NCBI GenBank assembly: GCA_020636535.1
Contig: JACJXT010000011.1
Coordinates: 1,202,151 to 1,266,150 of the forward strand
Direction of reading: 5' to 3'
Length of the DNA: 64,000 nt
Source: Chitinophagales bacterium
Lineage (GTDB): Bacteria; Bacteroidota; Bacteroidia; Chitinophagales; JADIYW01
This document shows, piece by piece, positions 19,532 to 29,560 of the stretch. The translations under genes were made by a program, and so were the position numbers. Position 1 is the first letter of the stretch; each line of letters begins with the position of its first letter. The notes beneath the pieces are model-generated. The model saw only the letters and a list, made by a program, of their open reading frames with translations, was not told where the DNA came from and did not search any database.

Positions 19532-21544
19532 TTACATATTGAAAATAATATAAAAATCGCTACCTTGTTTTATCTCACTGTTAAAACCAACATTAGCGTT
19601 CATTTTTTCTGCTAGCTCTTTACATAAAATCAAACCTAAACCAGTACCTTTTTCGCTAGAATTACCAACAGTGCTAGTATCTGCTTCTATATTAAAAATT
19701 TTTTGTTGGTCATTTTCACTAATACCAATTCCATTGTCTTTTACACCAACTTTAATTTTTTTATCATTTAAAATTTCAGAATATAATAAAATAGTACCAT
19801 TGTTTGGTGTAAACTTTATAGCATTAGATATATAATTTCGTATAATAGTTTCAATTATATTATCATCTATATTGGCTTGTATGGTATTGTCAATAGTATT
19901 ATTGATAGTAATGTTCTTTTCTGCTGCATTGTATTGAAGTGCATCAACTGCTTTTTGACTTATAGGTAAAATTGCTTGTTCTTGAAGATTAACTTTTATA
20001 TTATTGGTTTGCGATAAAGACCATTTTAGCATATTTTGTAGTAGTTCAAATAGTTTGTTAGAGGAATCATTTATTGTAAGCAGAAATTCATTAATTTCTT
20101 CTTTAGATAAATTGAATATTTGTTTTTGTAATGCATTAGTGATATTTCTAAAAGCAGACAATGGATTTTTTAAATCGTGAGCTACTATAGAAAAGAGTTT
20201 GTCTTTTGTAGCATTAAGTGTTTTTAATTGTTGATTTTTTTCTTGTAGTATAGCATTGGTCTCTGTTTTAAATTGATTGCTTTTTCTAAGTACATTTACT
20301 AGATATAGAAGTAGTAAAGAAAGTAATGCAATAGCAATTAAAATAATCATATTGCGTTTTAACTTACTTTGTTTTAATAGGTTGTCTTTTTCTAATAAAT
20401 TAATTTGTGTTTCTTTTTTTTCTGTTTCATAGTATTCATCTAAGTAATAAATGTCAGAAGCTAATGCAGCATTGGCAATAGAGTCTTCTATGGTTTTGTA
20501 TCTTTTATAATACTCCAAACTTAATTTATAGTTTTCTTTGTCATTATTCAATAAATATAAATTGTATAGATTGTCTTTTAATCCATCATAATCTTCAAAA
20601 GCTTCTAATGCATTCTTACATTTTAATAAATATTGTTCAGCAGTAGAAAACTCTTTTTTAACTCTATAAATATTGCCTTTAATATCGTAGCAATAAGCTA
20701 AAGCAAAATCATCATTAATAGATCTAAAATAATTAATAGCCGAGTCAATATATTGATTCGCTAAATTTATTTGATTGGTTTCTGCTAAAAAGTTAGCATA
20801 ACTAATATAAGTGTTATTTAATTTATAAGTAAAATCACTTTTTTTGTCTAAGGTCATACTTTTATCAAAGTATTTTTTTGCATTTGAATAATCTTTGCTT
20901 TCTAAATAATTTATAGACAAATTATTTAATAGACTACTTTTTATAGAAGGAATACTAGCAACAGCTAAACCTTTTTTAATATATTTATTAGAAGTTTCGT
21001 ATTGTTTTAAATTAGCATAGTTAATACTTAAACTATTATAAAAATAAGGCAGCACTTCTGCATTTATACTGTCTTTATGTTGTTCGTAATATTTTATAGC
21101 ATCTAATAAGTATTTGCTAGATAACTTATAGGCACTTAAATCAGAATAGGTTAAACCAAGATCACCTAAAATACTGGTAATTTTTAAATGGTCATTAATT
21201 GCATAAGCAATATCAAGTGCTCTATTAAAATATACTAAAGCAGAATCTTGTTTCTCTAACGATACAAAAGCGAGACCTTTAGTTCTAAGTGCTACACAAT
21301 TTTGAAATGAATTTTGCTTTAATTTATTGATTTTAAAAATATTATTTATAATAATAATAGAAGAATCAGGATTATATTTCCAATACAGCTCTGCTAACTT
21401 TAATTGTGCATCAATTTTCTTATCTGTTGATTTACTTTGCCGAATAACTTTATTCAAGCTATCAATTGTAGTATTAGCATTTAATTGTGAACTAAATAAA
21501 CAAAAAAGTAAAAACCATATGTAGTTTAACTTCAAAGATTTCAA
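19532..21544 (-). CDS. sensor histidine kinase with extracytoplasmic TPR-like repeat domain
   Basis: Signal peptide, ~370 aa of TPR-like repeats, one TM (MIILIAIALLSLLLLYLV), the H-box FSIVAHDLKNPL, and N and G boxes (GTGLGLILCKELAEKM). Apparent TTG start. Confidence 0.85.
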   Translation of the reverse strand: MKSLKLNYIWFLLFCLFSSQLNANTTIDSLNKVIRQSKSTDKKIDAQLKLAELYWKYNPDSSIIIINNIFKINKLKQNSFQNCVALRTKGLAFVSLEKQDSALVYFNRALDIAYAINDHLKITSILGDLGLTYSDLSAYKLSSKYLLDAIKYYEQHKDSINAEVLPYFYNSLSINYANLKQYETSNKYIKKGLAVASIPSIKSSLLNNLSINYLESKDYSNAKKYFDKSMTLDKKSDFTYKLNNTYISYANFLAETNQINLANQYIDSAINYFRSINDDFALAYCYDIKGNIYRVKKEFSTAEQYLLKCKNALEAFEDYDGLKDNLYNLYLLNNDKENYKLSLEYYKRYKTIEDSIANAALASDIYYLDEYYETEKKETQINLLEKDNLLKQSKLKRNMIILIAIALLSLLLLYLVNVLRKSNQFKTETNAILQEKNQQLKTLNATKDKLFSIVAHDLKNPLSAFRNITNALQKQIFNLSKEEINEFLLTINDSSNKLFELLQNMLKWSLSQTNNIKVNLQEQAILPISQKAVDALQYNAAEKNITINNTIDNTIQANIDDNIIETIIRNYISNAIKFTPNNGTILLYSEILNDKKIKVGVKDNGIGISENDQQKIFNIEADTSTVGNSSEKGTGLGLILCKELAEKMNANVGFNSEIKQGSDFYIIFNM

Positions 21545-21599
21545 TATTCATAGTTTTGATATGATAAATTTACCTTTTTTTATTGAGTTAAAAAAATTA

Positions 21600-21646
21600 T
21601 AGTGAAAAATCACTATGGTACAAAAAGAAGCATCATTATACCTTTA
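21600..21646 (+). promoter_or_regulatory. island cis element P1: palindrome TAGTGAAAAATCACTA + fixed-distance CTTTA
   Basis: Perfect 6-4-6 inverted repeat at 21600-21615. CTTTA at 21642-21646, 28 nt after the T of TATGG. 22 nt lie between CTTTA and the ATG at 21669. The site sits in the divergent region shared with the kinase gene. Confidence 0.6.
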
Positions 21647-21668
21647 CATTAACAAAAACAAAAACATT

Positions 21669-22130
21669 ATGAAAACAATCACATTCATTTTAGTTAGCTT
21701 ACTAGGTTTTGCTAGCTACGCACAAGACAACTTTGCTTTTTATCAAGCACAACACAACAACAGTTCGTATCAAAATCAAATGGTAACCATTTATGATATA
21801 GCTGATGCGTCGTTATTAAAATCTACTATTGATTTTAGTAATAAAGAACAATCGTACAAAAATTTTATCGCAAAGAATTACAACGAAACAAGTATTCAGT
21901 TTTATGTAAATACTTTAGACCAAAATGTAGGTATTGATATTAAAGGCAATCAACTAAACCATTACATTACTAAAATTATGGATGCTAATGGAGCTGTACT
22001 ATCTCAATTACCAGCAACTGATAATTTAAATGCAAAGCTATGTACTAAAAATTGGGACAAAGGTACTTATCTCATTCAAATTGTAGATACTAACTATGAG
22101 GTACTAGCAACAGCAATGGTAGAAAAATAA
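21669..22130 (+). CDS. small secreted protein with probable T9SS C-terminal sorting domain
   Basis: Signal peptide MKTITFILVSLLGFASYAQ (I use the ATG at 21669, not 21615). The C-terminus ...KGTYLIQIVDTNYEVLATAMVEK resembles the type A CTD of 24586-25062. Confidence 0.6.
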   Translation: MKTITFILVSLLGFASYAQDNFAFYQAQHNNSSYQNQMVTIYDIADASLLKSTIDFSNKEQSYKNFIAKNYNETSIQFYVNTLDQNVGIDIKGNQLNHYITKIMDANGAVLSQLPATDNLNAKLCTKNWDKGTYLIQIVDTNYEVLATAMVEK

Positions 22131-22159
22131 CAAGAGTTCTTTATGTATCAACCTTTTTT

Positions 22160-22189
22160 GAGAGGTATTATATAATGCCTCTCTTTTTT
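22160..22189 (+). terminator. rho-independent terminator after 21669-22130
   Basis: gagaggtattatataatgcctctc near-perfect palindrome followed by a tttttt run. Confidence 0.6.
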
Positions 22190-22284
22190 AAATTATATTA
22201 TTTCTATAGATAAATTTTCATAGTTTTTGGTGAGTAGTCTTATTAATGTTCTAAAATATTTTTAGGACTGCTTTTTATAAAAAT

Positions 22285-22331
22285 TAGCGAAAAAATACTA
22301 TGGAATATTTATTTAAAAACAATCAACTTTA
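22285..22331 (+). promoter_or_regulatory. island cis element P2
   Basis: TAGCGAAAAAATACTA (degenerate, 5-nt spacer) at 22285-22300. CTTTA at 22327-22331, the same 28-nt offset from TATGG. 33 nt to the ATG at 22365. Confidence 0.5.
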
Positions 22332-22364
22332 AATTATTAATCAATAAATAAAAACAAAAAAATC

Positions 22365-22808
22365 ATGAAAAATATAATTAAAATTACGCTACTACTTTTT
22401 GCATGTACTTTACTACTAAATGCTTGTAAAAAAGAAAACATCATTTTTAAAAATGAGTTTATGCACACTTGGTATCTTCAAAAATATGAAGAAAATGGAG
22501 TAGACAAAACACAAGAGTTTGACTCAGTTTACCATAACTATACGCTAACATTTGATAATGTAAAAAACTATGCTACAGATGAATATGATGATATTTTTAT
22601 AGAATCTTTTTATCATCACGGAACATTGTTCGTAGAATATTATGGCTTTTTTCAGTTCTTACGACCAGACAAACTAAAGCTACAATATAGTGGTAGTACA
22701 TATAATACAAAAGCATTTACAATAGAATTTGTAAACAAAGGTAGCGACGAATTTATCATCAATGAGGTGAGTGGTATTACTACCAAACGCTATTCCTTTA
22801 GAAAATAA
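22365..22808 (+). CDS. hypothetical lipoprotein
   Basis: Signal peptide with lipobox LLNAC. 147 aa, beta-rich. No motif recognised. Confidence 0.5.
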   Translation: MKNIIKITLLLFACTLLLNACKKENIIFKNEFMHTWYLQKYEENGVDKTQEFDSVYHNYTLTFDNVKNYATDEYDDIFIESFYHHGTLFVEYYGFFQFLRPDKLKLQYSGSTYNTKAFTIEFVNKGSDEFIINEVSGITTKRYSFRK

Positions 22809-22872
22809 ATATTCAAATATAAGATAATATAAAATATTTTTTACCGACATAAAGAAGCGTAAAAAGTAAAAT

Positions 22873-22919
22873 TAGCGAAAAATTACTATGGTAAAGTCGT
22901 ATAGCATTTATAAGCTTTA
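22873..22919 (+). promoter_or_regulatory. island cis element P3
   Basis: TAGCGAAAAATTACTA at 22873-22888. CTTTA at 22915-22919 (same offset). 27 nt to the ATG at 22947. Confidence 0.5.
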
Positions 22920-22946
22920 TACTATTATAAATTTAAACAAAAAATT

Positions 22947-24575
22947 ATGAAAACAATTTTAAAAACAAGTTTCTTTTTAGTGGTATTATTAATTACTACA
23001 ACTATTGTAGCACAAACACCACAATCATTCTCTTATCAAACTGTAATAAGAGATAACACAGGTAATCCATTAGCTAATCAAAGTATAAGCTTAAAAATAA
23101 GTATACTAAAAGGAGAATCAAATGGAACTACTGTTTATTCAGAAACACATAATAAAACAACTAATGCTTTTGGGTTAGTCAATTTAAATATTGGAGATGG
23201 TAGTGTTGTAAGTGGCAACTTTGCTAACATTAATTGGGGAAACGACATCTATTTTGTTAAAACAGAATTAGATGCTACTGGTGGAAACAATTTTACAGTA
23301 ATGGGCGTGCAACAGTTATTATCAGTTCCTTATGCATTACATGCCAAAACTGTAGCAATAGATAATGTAAACGATGCAGATGCCAATCCAACAAATGAAT
23401 TACAAGATTTATCTTTCAATAATTCAACTGGAGTATTAAGTATTAGCAACGGAAATTCTGTTACATTACCAACAACTTCTGGTGGTGATAATTGGGGAAC
23501 ACAAACCGTACAACACAATACAACACTAAGTGGAAACGGAACAACAGCAAGTCCATTACAAGTGGTAGGCGATTTAACCGACGACCAAACACTTTCATTG
23601 AGTGGGAATAACTTATCTATTAGCGGAGGAAATTCAGTTAATTTAAATAGTATAGATAATCAAATACTTACATTAAGTGGCGATAATTTAACTATAAGTA
23701 ATGGTAATACTGCAAATTTAAGTAGTATCGATAATCAAACGCTTTCGTATAATAGCGTATCTGGTCAGTTGAGTATTGTTAATGGAAATAGTGTTACCAT
23801 TCCATCTTCTGCGGATAATTGGGGTAGTCAAACAGTACAACACAATACAACACTAAGTGGAAATGGAACAACAGCAAGTCCATTACAAGTGGTAGGCGAT
23901 TTAACTGATGATCAAACACTTGCACTAAGTGGAAATACCTTAAGTATAAGTGACGGAAATAATGTAGATATGTCTGGTATATCATCTTTTATTTATAGAC
24001 AAATAAATTTAGATCCAAGTTATCCTGAGTTAGATGATGTCAATCAAATTGTATACTTAAATGGTACTACAAGTACAGTAGCACTGCCTTCAGATCCAAC
24101 AATAGGTAGAATTGTATATTTAACTTCCTCTGCTTCTGCAACTAAAATTTCATCGAACGGTAAAGCTTTACGAAAAGATGGAACTACTTATTTAGGAGAT
24201 ACTATTATTACTATGCAAAATTTAGCTAATGGAACTGGAATAATTGGTTTAATATATACAGGCAATCAATGGATGCTATTTTCTAATGAATCAAATGCTG
24301 GATTGAAAACTAAAGTTCAAGGTAAAGTAGATGCAACTGGTTTTGCAGGAGCATTCTATGTTTCTAAACCTGTTGTTGGTACTAAGGTCAGTACTGGCAC
24401 TTATAGATTAAGTATAGATTCAGAAAATATGAATATATATAACTGCATGGTAACTACAAAAACAGAAGGAACAATTGCATCCGTTTCTAATAGTGCAGAC
24501 TATATAACTATTTATATATATGATATATTTACAAATTTGAAAGTAGATTCTGAATTTAATTTTATCCTATATTAA
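22947..24575 (+). CDS. secreted repeat protein (fibre/adhesin-like), function unknown
   Basis: Signal peptide. Multiple short D(N/D)QxLSLSGNxLSISxGNSVxL-type repeats. A ~109-aa internal duplication. No T9SS CTD seen. Confidence 0.55.
   Translation: MKTILKTSFFLVVLLITTTIVAQTPQSFSYQTVIRDNTGNPLANQSISLKISILKGESNGTTVYSETHNKTTNAFGLVNLNIGDGSVVSGNFANINWGNDIYFVKTELDATGGNNFTVMGVQQLLSVPYALHAKTVAIDNVNDADANPTNELQDLSFNNSTGVLSISNGNSVTLPTTSGGDNWGTQTVQHNTTLSGNGTTASPLQVVGDLTDDQTLSLSGNNLSISGGNSVNLNSIDNQILTLSGDNLTISNGNTANLSSIDNQTLSYNSVSGQLSIVNGNSVTIPSSADNWGSQTVQHNTTLSGNGTTASPLQVVGDLTDDQTLALSGNTLSISDGNNVDMSGISSFIYRQINLDPSYPELDDVNQIVYLNGTTSTVALPSDPTIGRIVYLTSSASATKISSNGKALRKDGTTYLGDTIITMQNLANGTGIIGLIYTGNQWMLFSNESNAGLKTKVQGKVDATGFAGAFYVSKPVVGTKVSTGTYRLSIDSENMNIYNCMVTTKTEGTIASVSNSADYITIYIYDIFTNLKVDSEFNFILY
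23487..23977 (+). repeat. internal direct duplication inside 22947-24575
   Basis: About 165 nt starting at 23487 (gataattggggaacacaaaccgtacaacacaat...) recur at 23814, an offset of 327 nt, with few substitutions. Confidence 0.8.
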
Positions 24576-24585
24576 ACTAAAAAAC

Positions 24586-25062
24586 ATGAAAAATATACTA
24601 TTTATAATCATATTTTTATTTACTATTAAAGCTTACACACAAGAAGTAATTGCTACAACTGGAAATCATTATAGCAATACCAATTATAGCATGAGTTTTA
24701 CTATTGGCGAACCTATTATTACTACTTATACTACTAGTAATATTATAATGACACAAGGTTTTCATCAAACAAAATTGACAGATATTGCTAGTTTTATTAA
24801 AAACTTTTATAGTGATGCGACTATTAGTGTGTTTCCAAATCCAGCAGTAAACAGTGTACAAATTAATTTGAAGAGTGATAAACTAATTCAATACAAAACC
24901 AATGTATATGATATTAGTGGAAAATTAATTTACCAAACAGCATTATTAAATGCCACTCAACAACAAATAGAAGTTAGTCATTGGTCTGTTGGTACTTATA
25001 TTATACAAGTAGTCGATGATAAAAACCAAGCACTAGCAACTGCAAAAATTATTAAACAATAA
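24586..25062 (+). CDS. small T9SS C-terminal-target-domain protein
   Basis: Signal peptide. The GEPIITT...MTQGFHQ motif is common in small Bacteroidota secreted proteins. Clear type A CTD: VFPNPAVNSVQINL...GTYIIQVVDDKNQALATAKIIKQ. Confidence 0.75.
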   Translation: MKNILFIIIFLFTIKAYTQEVIATTGNHYSNTNYSMSFTIGEPIITTYTTSNIIMTQGFHQTKLTDIASFIKNFYSDATISVFPNPAVNSVQINLKSDKLIQYKTNVYDISGKLIYQTALLNATQQQIEVSHWSVGTYIIQVVDDKNQALATAKIIKQ

Positions 25063-25066
25063 AATT

Positions 25067-26104
25067 ATGAAAAATATATTTTTATTAGTTATGATTTTGT
25101 TGAGTACTCAATTTGTAATTCAAGCAGAAGAAAATCAAGTGTGCGAAAAACAAATGGCAACACTTTATAACGAACTGTCTGATATTGATGGCATAAGCAA
25201 TATTTATGAAGAAAATAAAAGTGATTACGACTATTACGAGTTGCGAGATCAATACATTACTATTATAGATAATTGTAATTATGGCGACATATGTAAAAAC
25301 GATAAACTTTTTGCCAGACACTTATTTTGGTCGCAACTCTATTTAGCTAATTTGGCATTAGAAGCAGAACGATTTGGTGAAGCTGAACAATTTATTACCA
25401 ATACTTTAGATAATTATAGACTAATTAATAATGATATAGCATTAACTGAAGATGAAAAAAAAGAAATTTTTACTATACAAAATAATGCCATTGATTTACT
25501 TAAAATGTATAATACAAATGCAGATGTAAATTATATGATTAATACAATGTATATCAATGCAAAAAACTATACAGATAATAGCATTTTTACAGATGTTGGT
25601 TTGTCATGTGTCAATATGAAATTACCAACAAGCGTTCCTTTTTCTAAATTAATGAATATAAAATCAGTATTTAGTAATGATGATATGCTTTTATTAGATG
25701 ATTATGCAATGTATATTATTAAAAATAAAATTTATGAATATACTTCTGTCGATTTATCTTATAAAGAAGTACTAGTATATACTTTGGTTTATAGTGCTTT
25801 TAATAAAATACAAAACAATTCATTAGATAGTGTTGCTCAATATATTCAACCATTAAACGAAATTTGTGTTGGTTTACCTTATATGTTTCCAGCAATCACT
25901 TCTGTTTACTTATTTCAAATCGAATATTATTTACAACAAAAAGATTATTTAAAAGCATATTCATTTTTAAGTCAAATTATATTGTATTTTAATTATTTCG
26001 ATGCAGAAAAATACGAGTTAGATTTAATTAAAAACTACATTTTTAGCAATTACAATCTCTGTGTAGAAAAGCTCAACAGAAAGGATTTAATCACTAATAA
26101 ATAA
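25067..26104 (+). CDS. secreted hypothetical protein (paralog of 26111-27178)
   Basis: Signal peptide ending with AEEN. The C-terminus ...QQKDYLKAYSF...NYNLCVEKLNRKDLITNK aligns with the next gene. Confidence 0.5.
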   Translation: MKNIFLLVMILLSTQFVIQAEENQVCEKQMATLYNELSDIDGISNIYEENKSDYDYYELRDQYITIIDNCNYGDICKNDKLFARHLFWSQLYLANLALEAERFGEAEQFITNTLDNYRLINNDIALTEDEKKEIFTIQNNAIDLLKMYNTNADVNYMINTMYINAKNYTDNSIFTDVGLSCVNMKLPTSVPFSKLMNIKSVFSNDDMLLLDDYAMYIIKNKIYEYTSVDLSYKEVLVYTLVYSAFNKIQNNSLDSVAQYIQPLNEICVGLPYMFPAITSVYLFQIEYYLQQKDYLKAYSFLSQIILYFNYFDAEKYELDLIKNYIFSNYNLCVEKLNRKDLITNK

Positions 26105-26110
26105 AATATT

Positions 26111-27178
26111 ATGAAATACTTATGCTTACTATTTAGCTTGATTTGTATAAATACTTATGCAGAAGAAAATTCGTATAACGATTGCTTTGCAAAGATAGGT
26201 CTACTTCATGAAGAAGTGTTGTATAATTTAGCACACAACGATCCAGATTTTCCAGAATACTACAAAGGTGTTTATGCAAACCAAAATTATTTAAACTACG
26301 ATTCACTATTAATACTTTACAATAAAACATATAAAACTTGCATATTTGTAGATGAAGTAAATTCAATTGCTGAATACAAAGATTATATGTTTCAACTACA
26401 AATAGATTTAGGAAATCTATCTATCATTAACAAAAACTATAAAAATGCATTATTAATTTTAGATAGAAATTTTGTTTTACTAGACCATTTAAATCAAGAT
26501 GACCTATTTAATGAAGAAGCATTATTCGATTTTTTTGAATATTATATTAATTGTTTAACAGCAAAAGATACTAGTACTTATGTTGACCAATATGAAGTGC
26601 AAATACTTGAAAAACTAATACAGTATGTAGATAAAATTCAAATAGATAATAAAATAAAACTCAAAGCAGAAGTTTTAAATTTAATTTGTAGATATATATC
26701 ACAAATAAAAACATTTAACCTTAATAAACTACATGATGTTAATAGTAATTATTCAAATTTTGAACTTACTTTTTTTAATAACTATGCACAATTTATTATA
26801 GATAATAATTTAATTGCTTACGATTACGACAATTATGACTACTACACAGCAATAGCTTTTCCATTCATTATAAATGCACAAAAAGCACTACAAAATAAAG
26901 ATATAAAAACAGCAGAAAACTACATACACTATTTTGATAAATTGAGTATTGCAGGAAAATATTTAAGAATACCAATTAATTATATATATATTACTTATGC
27001 TGATTATTATATTCAACAACAAGATTATTTAAGTGCTTTTATTTATATAGGTACATTTGTAAAATATGCATATCTATTTAAAAATGCTGGAGATATTGCT
27101 ACTTATAATTATCTAATAGACAATTATAATTTCTGTGCAGAAAAGCTCAACAGAAAAGATTTACTACTACAAAAATAG
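26111..27178 (+). CDS. secreted hypothetical protein (paralog of 25067-26104)
   Basis: Signal peptide ending with AEEN. The C-terminus ...QQQDYLSAFIY...NYNFCAEKLNRKDLLLQK. Confidence 0.5.
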   Translation: MKYLCLLFSLICINTYAEENSYNDCFAKIGLLHEEVLYNLAHNDPDFPEYYKGVYANQNYLNYDSLLILYNKTYKTCIFVDEVNSIAEYKDYMFQLQIDLGNLSIINKNYKNALLILDRNFVLLDHLNQDDLFNEEALFDFFEYYINCLTAKDTSTYVDQYEVQILEKLIQYVDKIQIDNKIKLKAEVLNLICRYISQIKTFNLNKLHDVNSNYSNFELTFFNNYAQFIIDNNLIAYDYDNYDYYTAIAFPFIINAQKALQNKDIKTAENYIHYFDKLSIAGKYLRIPINYIYITYADYYIQQQDYLSAFIYIGTFVKYAYLFKNAGDIATYNYLIDNYNFCAEKLNRKDLLLQK

Positions 27179-27222
27179 CGAAAAATCACTATGGTATATC
27201 CAATCAAAAACATTCAACTTTA
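27176..27222 (+). promoter_or_regulatory. island cis element P4
   Basis: TAGCGAAAAATCACTA at 27176-27191 (one mismatch from a perfect palindrome). It overlaps the stop codon of 26111-27178. CTTTA at 27218-27222. 30 nt to the ATG at 27253. Confidence 0.55.
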
Positions 27223-27252
27223 AACTATTACAAAACAATTAAAACAAAAATT

Positions 27253-27903
27253 ATGAAAACAATTATTAAAATCGCAATGTGTTTATCTTTCTTTCTTGTA
27301 CTAAGCTGTACTAAAGATAACGAAGTAACACCAGAAGAAAACCAACCAATTCAACCAACAGAAACAACAACTTATACTATAAAACCATTTCAAAGTTTAT
27401 GGACAGATAAACAAGAAATACAACAAGTTGCCAATATGCATGTTGCAGGTAGTTACGAAGCTGGTAATCTGTTGTACTTTACTACATCAGGTAAAATTAC
27501 TCAATTAGGTGTTTTTGCTGGTGAAGCAGGTAAATTTAGAGTTACTCTTTGGGATGTAACTACGCAATCTGTTATTCGTTCTATACTTATAGATGCACCA
27601 ACTGCTAACAATACTTATTATGCTAATATAGATGCAGTTGATGTTATAGCAAATAAACAGTATATTTTATCAACTAATAATAAAAACTTTGAAGATAATA
27701 CTACAACTACACAACCTTACATTTATAAATTAGAAAACGGAGAACGAGTTTATGATCCAATCTATCCAATTACTTATGATAAAGTTACTTATATAAATGC
27801 AGTAGAAAAAGTTGGAGATGCTTTAAGTTATCCAACACCAAGTTCATTAGTTAATAATAAATTTATGGGTGTACCAGATTTAGTTTTTGTATATGAAGAA
27901 TAA
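27253..27903 (+). CDS. hypothetical lipoprotein
   Basis: Lipobox LVLSC. 216 aa. No motif I can name with confidence. Confidence 0.5.
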   Translation: MKTIIKIAMCLSFFLVLSCTKDNEVTPEENQPIQPTETTTYTIKPFQSLWTDKQEIQQVANMHVAGSYEAGNLLYFTTSGKITQLGVFAGEAGKFRVTLWDVTTQSVIRSILIDAPTANNTYYANIDAVDVIANKQYILSTNNKNFEDNTTTTQPYIYKLENGERVYDPIYPITYDKVTYINAVEKVGDALSYPTPSSLVNNKFMGVPDLVFVYEE

Positions 27904-27921
27904 CTAAGTAAACATTTTCCT

Positions 27922-27949
27922 CGCAGAGTCTCTCTTAGAGGACTCTGCG
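27922..27949. repeat. GTCTCTC-loop hairpin element
   Basis: cgcagagtc-tctcttagag-gactctgcg, a 9-bp stem right after the stop of 27253-27903. No T-run follows. Homologous to 40402-40427. Confidence 0.6.
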
Positions 27950-27978
27950 AAATCTGAAACAACTAAAAACAAAAAATC

Positions 27979-28470
27979 ATGAAAACAATTAAAATACTAA
28001 GTTTGCTTTTTTCTACGATACTATTTGTACATCAAAGTTTTGCAGGAAACAAACTCAATGAAGACATCTTTCTAGGAACATTAAATCGTAATGAATTTAA
28101 TAGCACTATTAATTTTATGATACTAGCCGATAGTAAATTAAATTTTGTAGTAGGAGATACTTTAGATTTATATCGCTTAAATATAACTTATAATGATAAA
28201 TCAAGTCAAGAAGAAGTGGAAACCTGTTGGCAAAATAATATAGCTAATAAAAATCAAAGTAAAATAGCAAGAGTACGAATCACAGGTTTCAATCAAAATA
28301 TAATTTTTATTACATTAATAAGAGATTATTTTTTAAATCTTAAGCCAACAAGCCATTATTTTAATTATCAAATACTATTTGAAAAACCTATTTTTTTCAA
28401 TGCACAACAAGCAAAAGAAGTAAATCAAATGTATAATAATTTAAAAAAACCATTATTAAAAAAACCATAG
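27979..28470 (+). CDS. secreted hypothetical protein
   Basis: Signal peptide (...HQSFAG). 163 aa. Confidence 0.45.
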   Translation: MKTIKILSLLFSTILFVHQSFAGNKLNEDIFLGTLNRNEFNSTINFMILADSKLNFVVGDTLDLYRLNITYNDKSSQEEVETCWQNNIANKNQSKIARVRITGFNQNIIFITLIRDYFLNLKPTSHYFNYQILFEKPIFFNAQQAKEVNQMYNNLKKPLLKKP

Positions 28471-28474
28471 AACT

Positions 28475-29110
28475 ATGAAAAATACAATTTTAATCTTAGT
28501 AATTATTGCAACTATAGTAAGTTGCACAAAAGAAAACAATACAACAAACACTACACCATTACCAACACCACGCGATTTAAAAATTCGTTCTAACGATGTA
28601 TTAGATACAGTCCGACAAATCTTTTACATTGATGTCCCAAACCAAATAGCAGAAACACAAGGTCTAATAGATGAATATGGTAGTTCTATGTTTTCTATGA
28701 CAGCTATTTTTATAACAGCTCTACAACGCTATCAAACCAATAAAAGTATAGGCATTAAAGATGTAATAGCTTGTTGTCATACTACGCTACTCATTAATTC
28801 ATCAAGTGCAGACAGCTACAATGGCTACGATTTAACTTCTGGCGGAAAAAGTACACTCAGCACACAAATTTCAAGCTATCCAAAAACACCATATATTTAT
28901 ATGAAAGGTGCAACACCAAGCAATAACTATACACCAACACTACCAATTACTATCGAAATGTATGCCGATCCAATAAATACAACAACTACATATGCTAAAA
29001 TATTTATTTACACACAAGGAGCAGACTCACCACGACCATTACATTTAAAGAAAGAAAATGGCATTTGGAAAGTATCTAACTTTAGTAGCTTATTAACAGG
29101 TTATAGATAA
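28475..29110 (+). CDS. hypothetical lipoprotein
   Basis: Lipobox IVSC. 211 aa. Confidence 0.5.
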   Translation: MKNTILILVIIATIVSCTKENNTTNTTPLPTPRDLKIRSNDVLDTVRQIFYIDVPNQIAETQGLIDEYGSSMFSMTAIFITALQRYQTNKSIGIKDVIACCHTTLLINSSSADSYNGYDLTSGGKSTLSTQISSYPKTPYIYMKGATPSNNYTPTLPITIEMYADPINTTTTYAKIFIYTQGADSPRPLHLKKENGIWKVSNFSSLLTGYR

Positions 29111-29123
29111 ATACATCATAGAT

Positions 29124-29161
29124 AATATTGTCAAAGTTTTAAACTTTGACAATATTTTTAT
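29124..29161 (+). terminator. strong rho-independent terminator after 28475-29110
   Basis: aatattgtcaaagttt / aaactttgacaatatt arms of up to 16 bp, followed by ttttta. Confidence 0.7.
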
Positions 29162-29172
29162 ATGCTCTGTAC

Positions 29173-29234
29173 ATCAATGTTCTACAAAGTGGATATTGAT
29201 GTTTCCCAACTAGAATAACACAAAAACTGCGTAG
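29173..29234 (+). repeat. about 62-bp direct repeat, copy 1
   Basis: atcaatgttctacaaagtggatattgatgtttcccaactagaataacacaaaaactgcgtag. It contains a stem acatcaat/attgatgt. It recurs at 29497-29560 with a few changes. Confidence 0.8.
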
Positions 29235-29428
29235 GTGTATGATTTTTCCTATAATTAAATAGTTTGTCTTTTAATGAATAATATTAAAAAATAATTATTG
29301 GCTAAAGAAGCGTAGGAAGAAAAAATGCGGCAGCTGAGCGTAGGCAATAAGCGTGGAGCGATCATTTTTTCTTGACTTTTTTGTTACTTTTTGTGTCAAG
29401 ACAAAAAGTAAAATTAAAATCTATGCCT

Positions 29429-29449
29429 TGTTTCGTGTCTCACGAAACA
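29429..29449 (+). repeat. copy of the cgtgtctcacg hairpin element
   Basis: tgtttcgtg-tct-cacgaaaca, a 9-bp stem. The flanks (ctatgcc...aata) match the copies in the 18.4-18.8 kb array. Confidence 0.75.
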
Positions 29450-29496
29450 ATACTTTTGTGTCATGTCAAGTGTTTTCCACTTGACAACTTACTTAA

Positions 29497-29560
29497 ATCA
29501 ATATCTCACAAAGTGGATATTGATGTTAGCCAATACTAGAATAACACAAAAACTGCGTAG
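29497..29560 (+). repeat. about 62-bp direct repeat, copy 2
   Basis: atcaatatctcacaaagtggatattgatgttagccaatactagaataacacaaaaactgcgtag. Confidence 0.8.

Noticed and set aside
21615-21668. N-terminal extension of the first island gene (track start at 21615)
   Set aside because: The ATG at 21615 lies inside the conserved operator (acTATGgta). The signal peptide begins at the ATG at 21669, matching the MK(T/N)I starts of the other island genes.
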